Source: a virus
Taxonomy: Duplodnaviria > Caudoviricetes
Strand: one strand, 5' to 3'
IMG/VR virus record: IMGVR_UViG_3300027766_000001
DNA length: 64,000 nucleotides
The notes below the pieces were generated by a model that was not told where the DNA came from, ran no database searches, and saw only the letters and a list, made by a program, of their open reading frames with translations. How positions within the stretch are numbered: position 1 is the stretch's first letter; each line of letters starts with the position of its first letter. The position numbers were made by a program, and so were the translations under genes. This document shows positions 47,987-57,970 of the stretch, one piece after another.

Positions 47987-49525
47987 ATGCCTATCGTCAG
48001 ACGCCAAATAAAGGAACAACATAAATCGATTATTCGTCCGGTGGTGATCGATGTGGTAAACGACCTGATTCGTTTCATGGAACTGAAACCTAACACCGAC
48101 ATTATCTTCAATGGCTATTCGGAAATTGCCCTGTTACCCAATGGGATTATCGGCATCAAAACCGACAACGGGAACAAAGAGAATATCCGCACCATTGGCC
48201 GTGAACGCATCTTCGTTAATATCGAAGAAGAGGAAACCGAAACCTCGTTGCTGGAAATGCCGGTGACCTACCCGGAGCAGGATTTCATCTTTGCGGATCA
48301 GGACATCGGTGTTTTTGTGCGCCCGATTAAGAAACGTGCCGCTATTCGCCTGAACTTCAATAACCGCTTTACCTCACGTGCTGCAGCCGACCAATGGTTG
48401 AGCAACATGGAACAGTTATTGGCTCAGCTGGTAAAGGACTATGTCCATGAGGTGAAGTACAACTACGCGTATCCTGATGAAGTGATTGGGTTAATGCACA
48501 CGTTGTGGAAATATCGGGAAAACCAGGCAGGGTATGAGGAGAATTTCTCGACGTGGTTCCGGGGTCATTCCACCAACCGCTTAACGGCGATTGCGAACAT
48601 GAACGGGAGCCAAACCGATCTGGTGATTGGAGAGACCATGGATAACGTGGTCGGGGCGTGGGAGTTTGAGCGTCCGCCGTTTCCAACGAAAGCCAATCAG
48701 TTAGGCGGGTGGCAAGCTGAGTTCTCGTACCGCTTTGAATTCGACAAAGCCATTGGCATGGTGATTCAGTATCCGATCATGATTCACAACCAACTGCTTG
48801 ATGACACCATGATTCCGAAACGACGCTTACCGTCGTACCGTGGGAAGGTTTACCAGAAACCTGATCAGCAAACCCGCTATGAAGGCATTCAGCAGGACCT
48901 GGGGCAGGAGTACAATCCAAACCTGACCGGTTGGATGATCTCACCGGATTACGACGAATGGCAGCTGCCGGTGTTCGACTACAAGTTCGTGCCGCAATAC
49001 CAGGTGCTGTTACAGTTGGATCCGAATGACTTGCGGGATGTGTTGGATTTACGGGAGATGGGCGATTACGCGTTTACTGAACGCACCCTTATGTATCTGC
49101 GGTATGTTAAGGCGGGTATCTTTGGTCACCATCAAAGCGTGATCCAAATTGCGGTCTTTGAAGACGACGACATGCTGGCGCCCGAGTCACTGGTGTTCGA
49201 CCCGCTGACCTTTAAGATCCGCAGCACCTATGACCTGAACTTACGTAAACAGTATCGCGTGGTAGTGTACATCGATGCTGACCTACGCCGGTTATGGGAA
49301 AACACGGTATCGGATTTGAAAGACCGTGGGGTGTGGACCCAGGAAGTGGTGTCTGTGATCTACCCTGACCGTATCCCGCCTGTGGATGAGAACGGGCGTA
49401 TTTCTGATGATGACTGGCAGAAGTTAATTGACGGGGTAGACTGGAGTAAACTCCCAGCGACCAATACGTTATACATCGGCCGTTTCACTATTATTGCGAG
49501 GAGTGAACGCAATGCCAATCGCTAA
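47987..49525 (+). CDS. conserved virion structural protein (phiKZ gp98-like by synteny)
   Basis: ~512 aa; first of four conserved structural genes. Confidence 0.6.
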   Translation: MPIVRRQIKEQHKSIIRPVVIDVVNDLIRFMELKPNTDIIFNGYSEIALLPNGIIGIKTDNGNKENIRTIGRERIFVNIEEEETETSLLEMPVTYPEQDFIFADQDIGVFVRPIKKRAAIRLNFNNRFTSRAAADQWLSNMEQLLAQLVKDYVHEVKYNYAYPDEVIGLMHTLWKYRENQAGYEENFSTWFRGHSTNRLTAIANMNGSQTDLVIGETMDNVVGAWEFERPPFPTKANQLGGWQAEFSYRFEFDKAIGMVIQYPIMIHNQLLDDTMIPKRRLPSYRGKVYQKPDQQTRYEGIQQDLGQEYNPNLTGWMISPDYDEWQLPVFDYKFVPQYQVLLQLDPNDLRDVLDLREMGDYAFTERTLMYLRYVKAGIFGHHQSVIQIAVFEDDDMLAPESLVFDPLTFKIRSTYDLNLRKQYRVVVYIDADLRRLWENTVSDLKDRGVWTQEVVSVIYPDRIPPVDENGRISDDDWQKLIDGVDWSKLPATNTLYIGRFTIIARSERNANR

Positions 49526-50801
49526 ACCAACGCCACCTAAACCAAGTGTGCCGTTACCGACGCCACCGGAGATCAAAAGCCCCGCTGTGGCAAACGAAGT
49601 CATTAACGCCGGTTACACACCGCTTAAGTCGTTAATGACCTACGCCTCAGGTCGGGCCTGGATGACGACGTTCTTTCGTCAGATCCTGGGCGCCGGCAGT
49701 GAACCCATGCCACCGCAGTTTGATGCAGCGTTATCGGTGCAGAGCTACCACTCAATCCGTAAATGCATTCTCAAAGTGCAGACGGAGCTTAACCGCAACC
49801 CCGATGGCGAGAAAGGCTTGACCGAGGTCACCGGTGTGGCATTGCTTATGCCAGGGATCATTCCTAACTACGGGGATGCATTCTACGCCGATATCGGTGA
49901 CGGCAACATGGGTCTCTTTGTGATCCATAACGTTGAGCAGATGTCGATCTACAACGACGCGGCTTACCAGATTGAATACGGGCTGCTGGATTACGTCACC
50001 CCTGAGATCGAACGCCAGATGCGTGAGCGCACGGTGCAGACCTCGGTGTATGACATGGATTACGTGCACACCGGCAAGAACCCGATCATCGCCGCTGACG
50101 AGTATTTTACCCGTGAGCGTTTAGAGCGCGAAGAGCAGTCGTTGATCGATCAGTTCTTTGGTCAGTTCTTTGACAAAGAGTTAGGGACCCTGTCCGTACC
50201 CGACGGTAACACCGCCCGGTCATTGTACGACCCGTACCACACCCGCTTTGTGGATCGCTTGATTGAAAATGAAAAGCGTCCGTCACGACTGCGGATGATG
50301 GTGCTGGATACCTCCATGGGTCGGGACAATGCACCGACCACGTTGTGGGATCTGTTGGTGAAACAAGACGTGCGTCAGTTCTCCTACGTTGCCCGCCAGA
50401 TGCAGCAAGTGCCTACGCGCTATTTCCGTGGTGGGTCAGTGCTGATGGGGGGTGTGGCGTACAGCGGCTTTGACGATGTCATCTATCCTGTACAGAGCAG
50501 TGCACCGTTAATGCCAAACGACTTTGTACCGGGTCTTGCTGCAGACAACTCAGGGATGTTCTTCCGTGACCTGCAGTTCCTGACCAGCTACGTCTTCTCT
50601 GAGGCGTTCTACATGCAGCGTCGTATCGACATGACCATGTTAGAGCGCGAAGCCCATAATTTAATCACAGGCCAGCCAATTAATGTTGACAACGTGGACC
50701 AGCTATTGAATGCGTATTACGAGACGTCGAAGCTGACGCAGTTCTATGCCTTCCCGATTCTGGTTGCACTGTGCCGCACGGCATCACAACGCCTGGTGTG
50801 A
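49512..50801 (+). CDS. conserved virion structural protein (phiKZ gp99-like; possible neck/head-completion)
   Basis: PNYGDAFYADIGDG and GLFVI..VEQ..Y.I.Y pattern like head-closure proteins. Confidence 0.55.
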   Translation: MPIAKPTPPKPSVPLPTPPEIKSPAVANEVINAGYTPLKSLMTYASGRAWMTTFFRQILGAGSEPMPPQFDAALSVQSYHSIRKCILKVQTELNRNPDGEKGLTEVTGVALLMPGIIPNYGDAFYADIGDGNMGLFVIHNVEQMSIYNDAAYQIEYGLLDYVTPEIERQMRERTVQTSVYDMDYVHTGKNPIIAADEYFTRERLEREEQSLIDQFFGQFFDKELGTLSVPDGNTARSLYDPYHTRFVDRLIENEKRPSRLRMMVLDTSMGRDNAPTTLWDLLVKQDVRQFSYVARQMQQVPTRYFRGGSVLMGGVAYSGFDDVIYPVQSSAPLMPNDFVPGLAADNSGMFFRDLQFLTSYVFSEAFYMQRRIDMTMLEREAHNLITGQPINVDNVDQLLNAYYETSKLTQFYAFPILVALCRTASQRLV

Positions 50802-50809
50802 GGTAAGTC

Positions 50810-51424
50810 ATGTTTGAGAGTCGCCACGATCATTTAAAGAGTGAAGTCAAACGTCTGCAAACGGTCATCTTTGATTGCCGCTATCAGTGTCGCATTAAAC
50901 AGCGCGACCAGTACGACATGGACACGTTAATCAACCGCGGTATTCCGGTGACCGGGATTGACTGGATGGATAACCTGGCAGATGAGCAAGATGTGTCTCG
51001 TCTGCTGACCATTGACCAGATGGTGGAGTATTGTGACAAAGGGGTGAACTTCTGGTTAGACGATCCGAAGACCTACGCCGGTGTCATCTATACTGCTATC
51101 ACGGATTACATTCAGTACTACGCTGAACTGGCCGATGCCTATCCTAACCTGCCTATTCCGGATCAGGAAGACTTCGAGAAGCTCGATGGACTTGCCACCA
51201 ATATCTACCGCCTGTATCGGTGCTACGAGCAGCCGCGTGAGATGTCTGGTCTGCTGGGACGTATTGCGATGCGTCGCCGTTCATTTGCCCCGCAGGTTAG
51301 TCTGGCGCCGAAACCGCTCATGAACGATGACGGGTCAATTGAGCAGAAAGAGCACAAGTCATTGCTGCCCGTGTTAGGTTATCGTTTCACACCGCGTAAG
51401 GAGCCAACCAATAATGAGCATTGA
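50810..51424 (+). CDS. conserved hypothetical protein (phiKZ gp100-like by synteny)
   Basis: GAGGT SD; operon position. Confidence 0.6.
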   Translation: MFESRHDHLKSEVKRLQTVIFDCRYQCRIKQRDQYDMDTLINRGIPVTGIDWMDNLADEQDVSRLLTIDQMVEYCDKGVNFWLDDPKTYAGVIYTAITDYIQYYAELADAYPNLPIPDQEDFEKLDGLATNIYRLYRCYEQPREMSGLLGRIAMRRRSFAPQVSLAPKPLMNDDGSIEQKEHKSLLPVLGYRFTPRKEPTNNEH

Positions 51425-52760
51425 CAACACGGCGTTGATCAATGAGATCACGCTCATCGCCGCGAAGCAAAAGCGACCCGGTTACACAATGAATGCGGAG
51501 ATCTACTTCGACACCACTGTTGTTAACGTTATTCGTGTGGCTAACTTGCTGCGGTACAATGACTACGTGGGAGCGTACGCTGAAGAGTGGACGATTGACT
51601 TGGTGATCAACACCGGGCTCTACAACACGTATCTGATTGACAACGCGGACAAACTCAAGATCAACCTCATCATTGTGATGCAGGTGCCGGGTGAAGATCC
51701 CGTGATCACGAAGCTGAACATGCGGGCGTTTCCTAAGAACACCGATGACAGTCGTGTGAAGCAAAACCGCACAGCGGACCTGAACCAGGCTGCAGTGGGT
51801 GAAATGGAGATCACCACGTATCAGTTCCATTTGCTGGACATTGCGGTGGAGCAGATGCGTACGATGCAAACCGGGGGTAACTATCCGGTCACATCCGCGT
51901 CATCGGTGCTGAGTGTGTTGTTAGGTGGTTCGGGGTCGATGCTGGATTTGCCTTTGGAACAGAAGCCGCAAGCGCCACAAATCGTGGAGCCTGATACTCA
52001 GGTCGTAAAGAACCTGGTATCGGTGAAACAAGGCACCAACCTCTGTGACCTGGCAGGGTACTTGCAGCAACACTATGGTTTGTACAACACCCGCATTGGG
52101 TCGTACTACCATAACCGTACCTGGTATGTCTGGCCGTTGTATAACACCAAACGCTTTGAGTTAGCCCGCGCAACCCTGACCCTCATTAACGTACCGGCTG
52201 ATCGCTTTCCAGAGATTGAGACCAGCTACGAGACCCGGGGTACCTCTACAGTCGTGTTACTGACGGGTGATGCCAAGTTCGAAGACAATTCCAACCGTCA
52301 GCAATATAACGACGGGAACGGAACCCGTGCGATTCGTGCCTCAGCGGTGTCAGGGGATGATGGTCGTGTAGTGGATTCCGGTGAAGTCTTGCTGAAACGT
52401 AGTGAGACCAACACCGAGATCAAGACCAACGATCGTCGCAATGGTGTGGATTTTGTTCCTACCACCAACGAAGTCACGGACAATACAGCGCGTGTGTTAA
52501 GTCGTACAGCAACCGTTAATGGTACGACAGCACAATTCACTTGGCAAAGCAGTAACCCGGAGTTGGTCTATCCAGGGATGCCGGTGAAACTGCTGTACTT
52601 GAAAGGAAACAAAGTGGTGCAGCGTTATGGGGTGGTGACCGCATTCGAATCGAACTACAGTCTGGCCCGTCCAGGACTGATGGATCGTGGGATGCTTTGT
52701 CGCAGCGCCATCACGGTATTCATCTCCAACGTGGACGACGAATACAACACCTCACTGTAA
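51414..52760 (+). CDS. virion structural protein, possible baseplate hub (phiKZ gp101-like)
   Basis: 448 aa; W..S.PELVYPGMPV C-terminal motif typical of gp27/late-D-like hubs; synteny. Confidence 0.55.
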   Translation: MSIDNTALINEITLIAAKQKRPGYTMNAEIYFDTTVVNVIRVANLLRYNDYVGAYAEEWTIDLVINTGLYNTYLIDNADKLKINLIIVMQVPGEDPVITKLNMRAFPKNTDDSRVKQNRTADLNQAAVGEMEITTYQFHLLDIAVEQMRTMQTGGNYPVTSASSVLSVLLGGSGSMLDLPLEQKPQAPQIVEPDTQVVKNLVSVKQGTNLCDLAGYLQQHYGLYNTRIGSYYHNRTWYVWPLYNTKRFELARATLTLINVPADRFPEIETSYETRGTSTVVLLTGDAKFEDNSNRQQYNDGNGTRAIRASAVSGDDGRVVDSGEVLLKRSETNTEIKTNDRRNGVDFVPTTNEVTDNTARVLSRTATVNGTTAQFTWQSSNPELVYPGMPVKLLYLKGNKVVQRYGVVTAFESNYSLARPGLMDRGMLCRSAITVFISNVDDEYNTSL

Positions 52761-52767
52761 CCCATGG

Positions 52768-52799
52768 ATGACAGGAGTCACATCCTGTCATTTATGCCG
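52768..52799 (+). terminator. intrinsic terminator with TTTATGCCG tail
   Basis: ATGACAGGA-GTCACA-TCCTGTCAT TTATGCCG. Confidence 0.8.
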
Positions 52800-52816
52800 C
52801 TTTGAGCTGCAGATGA

Positions 52817-52834
52817 TTTCACACCTACATTACT
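52817..52834 (+). promoter_or_regulatory. putative phage early promoter
   Basis: TTTCACACCTACATTACT, same motif as 4009 and 61079. Confidence 0.65.
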
Positions 52835-52870
52835 GCGATGATAACCCCTTCTATCTTTATCGGAGTACTT

Positions 52871-53260
52871 ATGACTAACAAAGCAAAAATGATCCCTGAC
52901 CTGTCGGCCCTGCTCCTTTCACTGGAGCACGACGTAAAAGAATACCAGACCCGTTTCTTGCAGTGCGATGTAAGCGTCGCCCAGCCCTACCGTTACATGG
53001 GTCTGTACCGTTTGCTTGGTTCACCGACCGCTGAGTTTATCAACAGTACCTGGTTTGCGCAGTCAGTAATAGAAACCGAGATGCTGCGGGACGATGTAGA
53101 GATTAACACAGCAGACCAATTAGATGAATACGTGAACGATTTCATGCAGAAGCTGGAAACGTTTAATCCGGGCTTTATCAACAACACGTATCTGCGCACC
53201 ACCCTTGAGCGCGCGTTCAACAACATCTACGATGCAAAAGGATTTAACGATGAAGAGTAA
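52871..53260 (+). CDS. hypothetical protein
   Basis: ATG 52871 with GGAG SD; first gene after the early motif. Confidence 0.75.
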   Translation: MTNKAKMIPDLSALLLSLEHDVKEYQTRFLQCDVSVAQPYRYMGLYRLLGSPTAEFINSTWFAQSVIETEMLRDDVEINTADQLDEYVNDFMQKLETFNPGFINNTYLRTTLERAFNNIYDAKGFNDEE

Positions 53261-53519
53261 GAAACTGAAAGAAACCATGATGGGTTTCTGTGGCGGGGTA
53301 ACACTGGCAATGGCAGTTGTACTGATCGCCTATTGTTCTGTGGGCAAAGCGAATGCCTCTATGAGCGCGCCAGACGACCCCTACGCGATTCAATGCCTTG
53401 GTGACAAGTGTTACTATATTACCGGCAAAGAAGTCCCTGTGGCGGTGCTGAAGAAGTTAGAACGCGAAGCAATCACTGAAATGGCAAACAACCAGGGCGA
53501 CGACAGCGAACATGAATAA
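53250..53519 (+). CDS. small membrane-anchored/exported protein
   Basis: ATG 53250 with AAGGA SD; hydrophobic GFCGGVTLAMAVVLIAYCSV; CLGDKC. Confidence 0.65.
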   Translation: MKSKKLKETMMGFCGGVTLAMAVVLIAYCSVGKANASMSAPDDPYAIQCLGDKCYYITGKEVPVAVLKKLEREAITEMANNQGDDSEHE

Positions 53520-54153
53520 GTACTTTGCAATTGAGGTGCCGGATGGCGGCGGGAAAACAACTTTGCTGGAATTGATTAAGGCAGAGTTCGACCGTCGAGG
53601 CGAGCGGTTTATTGCGTTAGAGGAACCAGGTGAGTCTGGTGATCGCGCAGAACTGCGTCGTATCATGACCGACCCACAGACCACCCTGGACTCCGCCGAT
53701 AAGAATCTGATTCGTACCCTGCTGATGATGGCAGACCGGATCATGATTCGCAAAGGCGTACACGTAGCGACCCACGTTGGATTACCCATCCTGGCATCTC
53801 GTTGCTTCATGTCTACTGTTGTATATCAGGGATTAATCGGCGGGGAGATGGAGCTCGTTGAATTGATCCTGGAACGCGCTAACCTGATCTATCCGGATGT
53901 GATCTTTGTGTTAAAGGTAGAACCTGAAACACTAAGACAACGGATGTACGGTCGACGTGAGCTGGACGATTTAGAAAAGACGGTAGCTGAAGATGTTGAA
54001 CGGTACATGCAAATGTACATCACAGCAGCGCCGGTTATCGAACGCATCACCAAAGGCAAAACCAAAATCATTTACCTGAATGGCAACGCAGCACCCAACG
54101 AGGTGTATGAAGAAGCCATGACCCACATCAAGGAGTACATGGGATGGAACTGA
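53512..54153 (+). CDS. tmk: thymidylate kinase
   Basis: FAIEVPDGGGKTT P-loop, EEPG, L+MADR, SR...STVVYQG, PDVIFVL, R..RELDDLE. Confidence 0.9.
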   Translation: MNKYFAIEVPDGGGKTTLLELIKAEFDRRGERFIALEEPGESGDRAELRRIMTDPQTTLDSADKNLIRTLLMMADRIMIRKGVHVATHVGLPILASRCFMSTVVYQGLIGGEMELVELILERANLIYPDVIFVLKVEPETLRQRMYGRRELDDLEKTVAEDVERYMQMYITAAPVIERITKGKTKIIYLNGNAAPNEVYEEAMTHIKEYMGWN

Positions 54154-54482
54154 ACCTGTTAGCCCCACCTAACGAAACCATCTTAACCGAACTGCTGGGT
54201 TGGGGTGATGTGCCGTTTGATTGGGTGAGTGAACGTGCTAAGGATTTTGACGAAGCACTCGAACGTGAAACCAGAGGTTACGATCCGGTGTGGATCACTA
54301 GTAACCTGCCGCGCCCTCATGACTGCGAATGGAAGCACATTTTCTTGATGCCCACTGTGCCGGCCTCAGAGAAGCATGCAGACCTAGTTAGTGTCATGCG
54401 CAGTAAGATTGCCAGTATTGACAGTAAGCTCTTTAGAATCAATTGTGTGCACGCTGGCGTGGAATGCGTCGCGTTTATGTGA
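54144..54482 (+). CDS. hypothetical protein
   Basis: Overlapping operon ORF with AAGGAG SD. Confidence 0.7.
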   Translation: MELNLLAPPNETILTELLGWGDVPFDWVSERAKDFDEALERETRGYDPVWITSNLPRPHDCEWKHIFLMPTVPASEKHADLVSVMRSKIASIDSKLFRINCVHAGVECVAFM

Positions 54483-54508
54483 CTACCCTTAACCTGTGAG
54501 ATGTAAAT

Positions 54509-54919
54509 ATGAAATTAGGCTATTATTACGGCTTGGTCTTTGACAAAGCTGCCAGCACATATGCCCTGCAAAAAGTTCAACGTATCAGTAACGGTGAATC
54601 GGCAGTGGAAGCCTACACACGCTGGGTGAAAAAACTGGAGCAAGAAGACAAAGGTCGTTATACCACAATGGGTCTGACCTTTGGTGCCTTGCGCGTTGAG
54701 TACAATCACAAAACCGGAATGGGTACCGTGAAGGTCGGGTTCTCTGAAGTTGCTATGGTGACCCCACGTCCTTCTATTCTGTCAGTCGGATTCACCGGGG
54801 TGGCTAACCGCCCCATGTATCTGTCTGGCAAGCCTAACCCATTGCATGATAACACAACCCTGTCGCAAATCCGTGATGCCATTTTTGAGCATATTGCGGA
54901 TGCGGTCTGGGTGATGTAG
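54509..54919 (+). CDS. hypothetical protein
   Basis: Operon ORF. Confidence 0.7.
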   Translation: MKLGYYYGLVFDKAASTYALQKVQRISNGESAVEAYTRWVKKLEQEDKGRYTTMGLTFGALRVEYNHKTGMGTVKVGFSEVAMVTPRPSILSVGFTGVANRPMYLSGKPNPLHDNTTLSQIRDAIFEHIADAVWVM

Positions 54920-54926
54920 ACGAGGT

Positions 54927-55382
54927 ATGACCATGATCAGTTTACACACGAATCAGGGTACCTTTGACGAGTTAGTGGCGCTGCAGGAAGCGAAACCGCA
55001 CAACCGTGGTAAAGGTGATCCCGCGTTCAACAAATTCCTGGCGCGCTTAAACGCAACCAAACAACTGCTGGTCCTTGCGGCCAGCACTGGTCGTCCATTG
55101 AAAACCGTGTCAACGGTGTTCTATGTTCACCTGGCAGCAACCGAGATCGGGACCGCTATGGTCACGGATCTGTTTCAGAAACTCCAGCGCCGTGTCCGCA
55201 AAGACTTTATGCTGCACGAACAACCCGAAGGTGTAGAAGTTAAACCGTCAGCCATTCAACTGCGTTTTAACTTCTATGAACAAGAGGGCGATTGGTTCGA
55301 AGCGGTCACCATTCAGTGCTACGGTGTCTGGAGCAGTGCCAAGCAAGACTACCTTACTGCAGTATTGAATGAACTCAAATAA
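54927..55382 (+). CDS. hypothetical protein
   Basis: GAGGT SD; ends at bidirectional terminator. Confidence 0.75.
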   Translation: MTMISLHTNQGTFDELVALQEAKPHNRGKGDPAFNKFLARLNATKQLLVLAASTGRPLKTVSTVFYVHLAATEIGTAMVTDLFQKLQRRVRKDFMLHEQPEGVEVKPSAIQLRFNFYEQEGDWFEAVTIQCYGVWSSAKQDYLTAVLNELK

Positions 55383-55434
55383 CGGCATAAGCACTTACCC
55401 TTCCCTTGCGGGTTGGGTAAGTGCAGTTATGCTG
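55383..55434. terminator. bidirectional terminator with CGGCATAA/TTATGCTG arms
   Basis: GCACTTACCC...TTGC...GGGTAAGTGC between convergent genes. Confidence 0.8.
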
Positions 55435-55452
55435 ATCTTTTATTTTTTGGTA

Positions 55453-56142
55453 TTAACCTACCAATTCCAACACTGGACGCCACCCCACGTTAGGGTTGCC
55501 TGAATCGCGTCCTAAGGACGAAGCCGTCAATACCGACTCGTACCCAATACACATGGCATTGCTCTGGTTAGAGTTGAGCTGCTGCACCATACAGTGCTTA
55601 CCCGGAATACCCAGATCAAGTGATGCCCACTTGCTACCATCAGGAGATGTTGCGTTGGTGTTCTTATCCACCGATTGCATCATCCGCCCCCACTCAGACG
55701 GTTTGATATCAGCTTGTGCCGCCCAAGGGTAGTTGTTCGAGATACTCGGAAGCCGTATCAGGAACGTGCGTCCTTTAACAGTAATTGTCTTGTACTGATT
55801 AACCCCTGCAACAACACTCTGGGGTCCGTTACCGTTTACGCCAAAGACAATGCCTTTGCTGTAGAAGGTAGTCCAGGCAATCCCAGTGGCCAAAGTCAGC
55901 AGTGGCCAGAACAGGATCTTACCGTCGACTTCAAACTTAGCCCAGTTAGGATTGTTACCTGAGGAGGTGAATCCAAACATGGTGCACAAAGCAGAACCGG
56001 TAATCATTTCATCAGGGGTCAGTAAGCCGTAGTAACTGGTTGACTCGCCTGTGTCGCTGACATACGCCTTCTGTGTTGTGGCGGGACCCGGTCCTGTGAC
56101 GCCTCCGGTTGCACGCGCACCTCCTAGCATACACTCTAACAT
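55453..56142 (-). CDS. putative virion structural protein (MLE-tag; SPN3US-type tail/baseplate paralog family)
   Basis: ATG 56142 (MLECMLGG) with TGGAG SD; YYGLL...ITGSAL, WAKF..DGKIL, GRTFLIRLP, SEWGR motifs. Confidence 0.7.
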   Translation of the reverse strand: MLECMLGGARATGGVTGPGPATTQKAYVSDTGESTSYYGLLTPDEMITGSALCTMFGFTSSGNNPNWAKFEVDGKILFWPLLTLATGIAWTTFYSKGIVFGVNGNGPQSVVAGVNQYKTITVKGRTFLIRLPSISNNYPWAAQADIKPSEWGRMMQSVDKNTNATSPDGSKWASLDLGIPGKHCMVQQLNSNQSNAMCIGYESVLTASSLGRDSGNPNVGWRPVLELVG

Positions 56143-56174
56143 AAGTGACTCCATGAATAACTGAATACATAACA

Positions 56175-56228
56175 TCGGCATAAAACCCATCCAACCTCCG
56201 TCCGCAGACAGAAGTCAGACAGGCGAAA
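56175..56228 (-). terminator. G-U-rich hairpin with TTTTATGCCG tail
   Basis: Minus strand ACTTCTGTC-TGCG-GACGGAGGT...GGGTTTTATGCCG. Confidence 0.65.
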
Positions 56229-56333
56229 ACTCCAGTTCAGAATAGTCAATTAGTTAAAGTCGATCAAAGAATACGGTTACGCCGGTTAGGGCTTGTTTTG
56301 GTTTTGGGGTGTTGAAGGCGAAAAGCCTGATTT

Positions 56334-56375
56334 AAAAAAGAGGGGATACAGCATCCTGTGCATCCCCTTAAAAAG
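56334..56375 (-). terminator. intrinsic terminator of the helicase gene
   Basis: Minus strand AAGGGGATGCACAG-GATG-CTGTATCCCCT CTTTTTT. Confidence 0.75.
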
Positions 56376-56413
56376 AACAACAAATTGCATTTCTGGTCAT
56401 ACAATATACAGTG

Positions 56414-57949
56414 TTAGCCAAACCAAGGGTTCGCACCACCTTCTGCCATTGTGTCACCGGCCACGTGTTTACGTGACATGTCTTTACCATTGATGTCGTC
56501 CAGGATACCTGCTTCGCTGAACTTGTACACACAGAACTTATCACGCTCAGGGGTAATAGAGATCGTACGGTGCTTACCACGTTGCACACACATGTACGTT
56601 TCTTCGCCCACACGCACCAGGTGGATAATGATCTCCACATCCACTTCCTGGTCAATCTTCGTACAGTTATCCCAATACCCTTTGTTCGCCGTCTCACGTG
56701 GCAGGTCTTCTTCCATCCCGTTACGAACCAGCATCTTCGCAGCCGGACTTAACTGGTGAGGAGTAATGACACAGATACCACGGGCTGATGTGAAGTTACG
56801 CACACGACGGAACAGGTCACGGTACTCTTGGCCCGCTACCCCTTTCTCACAACCGGACTTGTTGAACATCCCCAGGTAGTCGATCGTTAACAGGTGGATC
56901 TCATAACCCATGTTCTCAAACTGCTTGATACGCTCGAACAGGTTACGGTAACCAAACTGTGACGGGTCAACACGACAGAAGTTCACTTCATAGCCGTTAA
57001 TGGATAACGCTTCCATGACTTCTTTCGCAGCCGTGGCTTCATCGATGCTCTGGTGATCGTGCACCAAACCATCCACGTTAGCTTTAATACGCTTCCACCA
57101 AGACACCATGTTATCGGTCATGTTGTTCTCAGACGAGATGTGCATGATCATTGGTTTCTTTTTCGGGTCACGCATATATGGCTTGTTGTGTACCGCGATC
57201 TGACGTGTCAGGTCCATGGTGAAACCTGATTTGTTGTTGTGCTGCAATGCACCAATCAACACAAACTCAGAACGACGGAACCCACCGACTTCACCCAGCA
57301 TACGGTTGATACCCTGGAAGCCCGTGCGCAACACCCCAAGGGTAGACGATTCTTCTTTCGCCTGCTTAAAGATGTGGCTCACCGCATTCAGGTCGCTGAC
57401 CGACACTTCACTGACTACCGCCGGGTCAAACTGATCCGTGGTGGTAAGGTTCAGTGTTTCGATCTCTTCCATTAACTTGCCAACCGCGGTGTCAACGTCA
57501 ACGTCTTCACCACCGTAGATAATAGGCATCGCTAACTTCTTGATCACCGCTTTGGCTTTACGACGGTTATCCCAGCTTTTCAGGTCACGGAAGATCTGGG
57601 TCACAATCTGGTTAGCGCGGTAGGGATCATCTTCACTTGAGTTGATGCCCATTTCCAGGGCTTGATACGTTGCCGCGTCTTGACCACAGTCATTGAGTAA
57701 ACGCTGCATTAAATCTAAACGGTCTAACGGTTCATGCTTGCCACGACCAATCAACCAACGGATCGTTTTACGCAAAGCCAACTGCACAGAACGCATTTCA
57801 TCGCTACCCATCGTTTCGACAGGTGCCGGAATATTCTCCATGAGTTCATCAACAAACTCGCTGTAATCGTCACCAGCTTCACCACCAACCACGGAGTGTT
57901 GGTAAAATAACGTAATAATCTTTATGAGAAGCAAACCAGTGTCCATCAC
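56414..57949 (-). CDS. dnaB: DnaB-like replicative helicase (phiKZ gp118-like)
   Basis: LRTGFQGINRMLG, variant Walker A GALQHNNKS, HISSEN, Walker B LLTIDYLG, TPHQL, QRGKHR. Confidence 0.9.
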   Translation of the reverse strand: MMDTGLLLIKIITLFYQHSVVGGEAGDDYSEFVDELMENIPAPVETMGSDEMRSVQLALRKTIRWLIGRGKHEPLDRLDLMQRLLNDCGQDAATYQALEMGINSSEDDPYRANQIVTQIFRDLKSWDNRRKAKAVIKKLAMPIIYGGEDVDVDTAVGKLMEEIETLNLTTTDQFDPAVVSEVSVSDLNAVSHIFKQAKEESSTLGVLRTGFQGINRMLGEVGGFRRSEFVLIGALQHNNKSGFTMDLTRQIAVHNKPYMRDPKKKPMIMHISSENNMTDNMVSWWKRIKANVDGLVHDHQSIDEATAAKEVMEALSINGYEVNFCRVDPSQFGYRNLFERIKQFENMGYEIHLLTIDYLGMFNKSGCEKGVAGQEYRDLFRRVRNFTSARGICVITPHQLSPAAKMLVRNGMEEDLPRETANKGYWDNCTKIDQEVDVEIIIHLVRVGEETYMCVQRGKHRTISITPERDKFCVYKFSEAGILDDINGKDMSRKHVAGDTMAEGGANPWFG

Positions 57950-57970
57950 GTTCCTCGTTAAGGTGAAGTT

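Noticed and set aside
56293-56759. Short ORFs overlapping the helicase 3' end and its terminator
   Set aside because: They overlap a strong terminator and the helicase gene and have no SD or coding signal.
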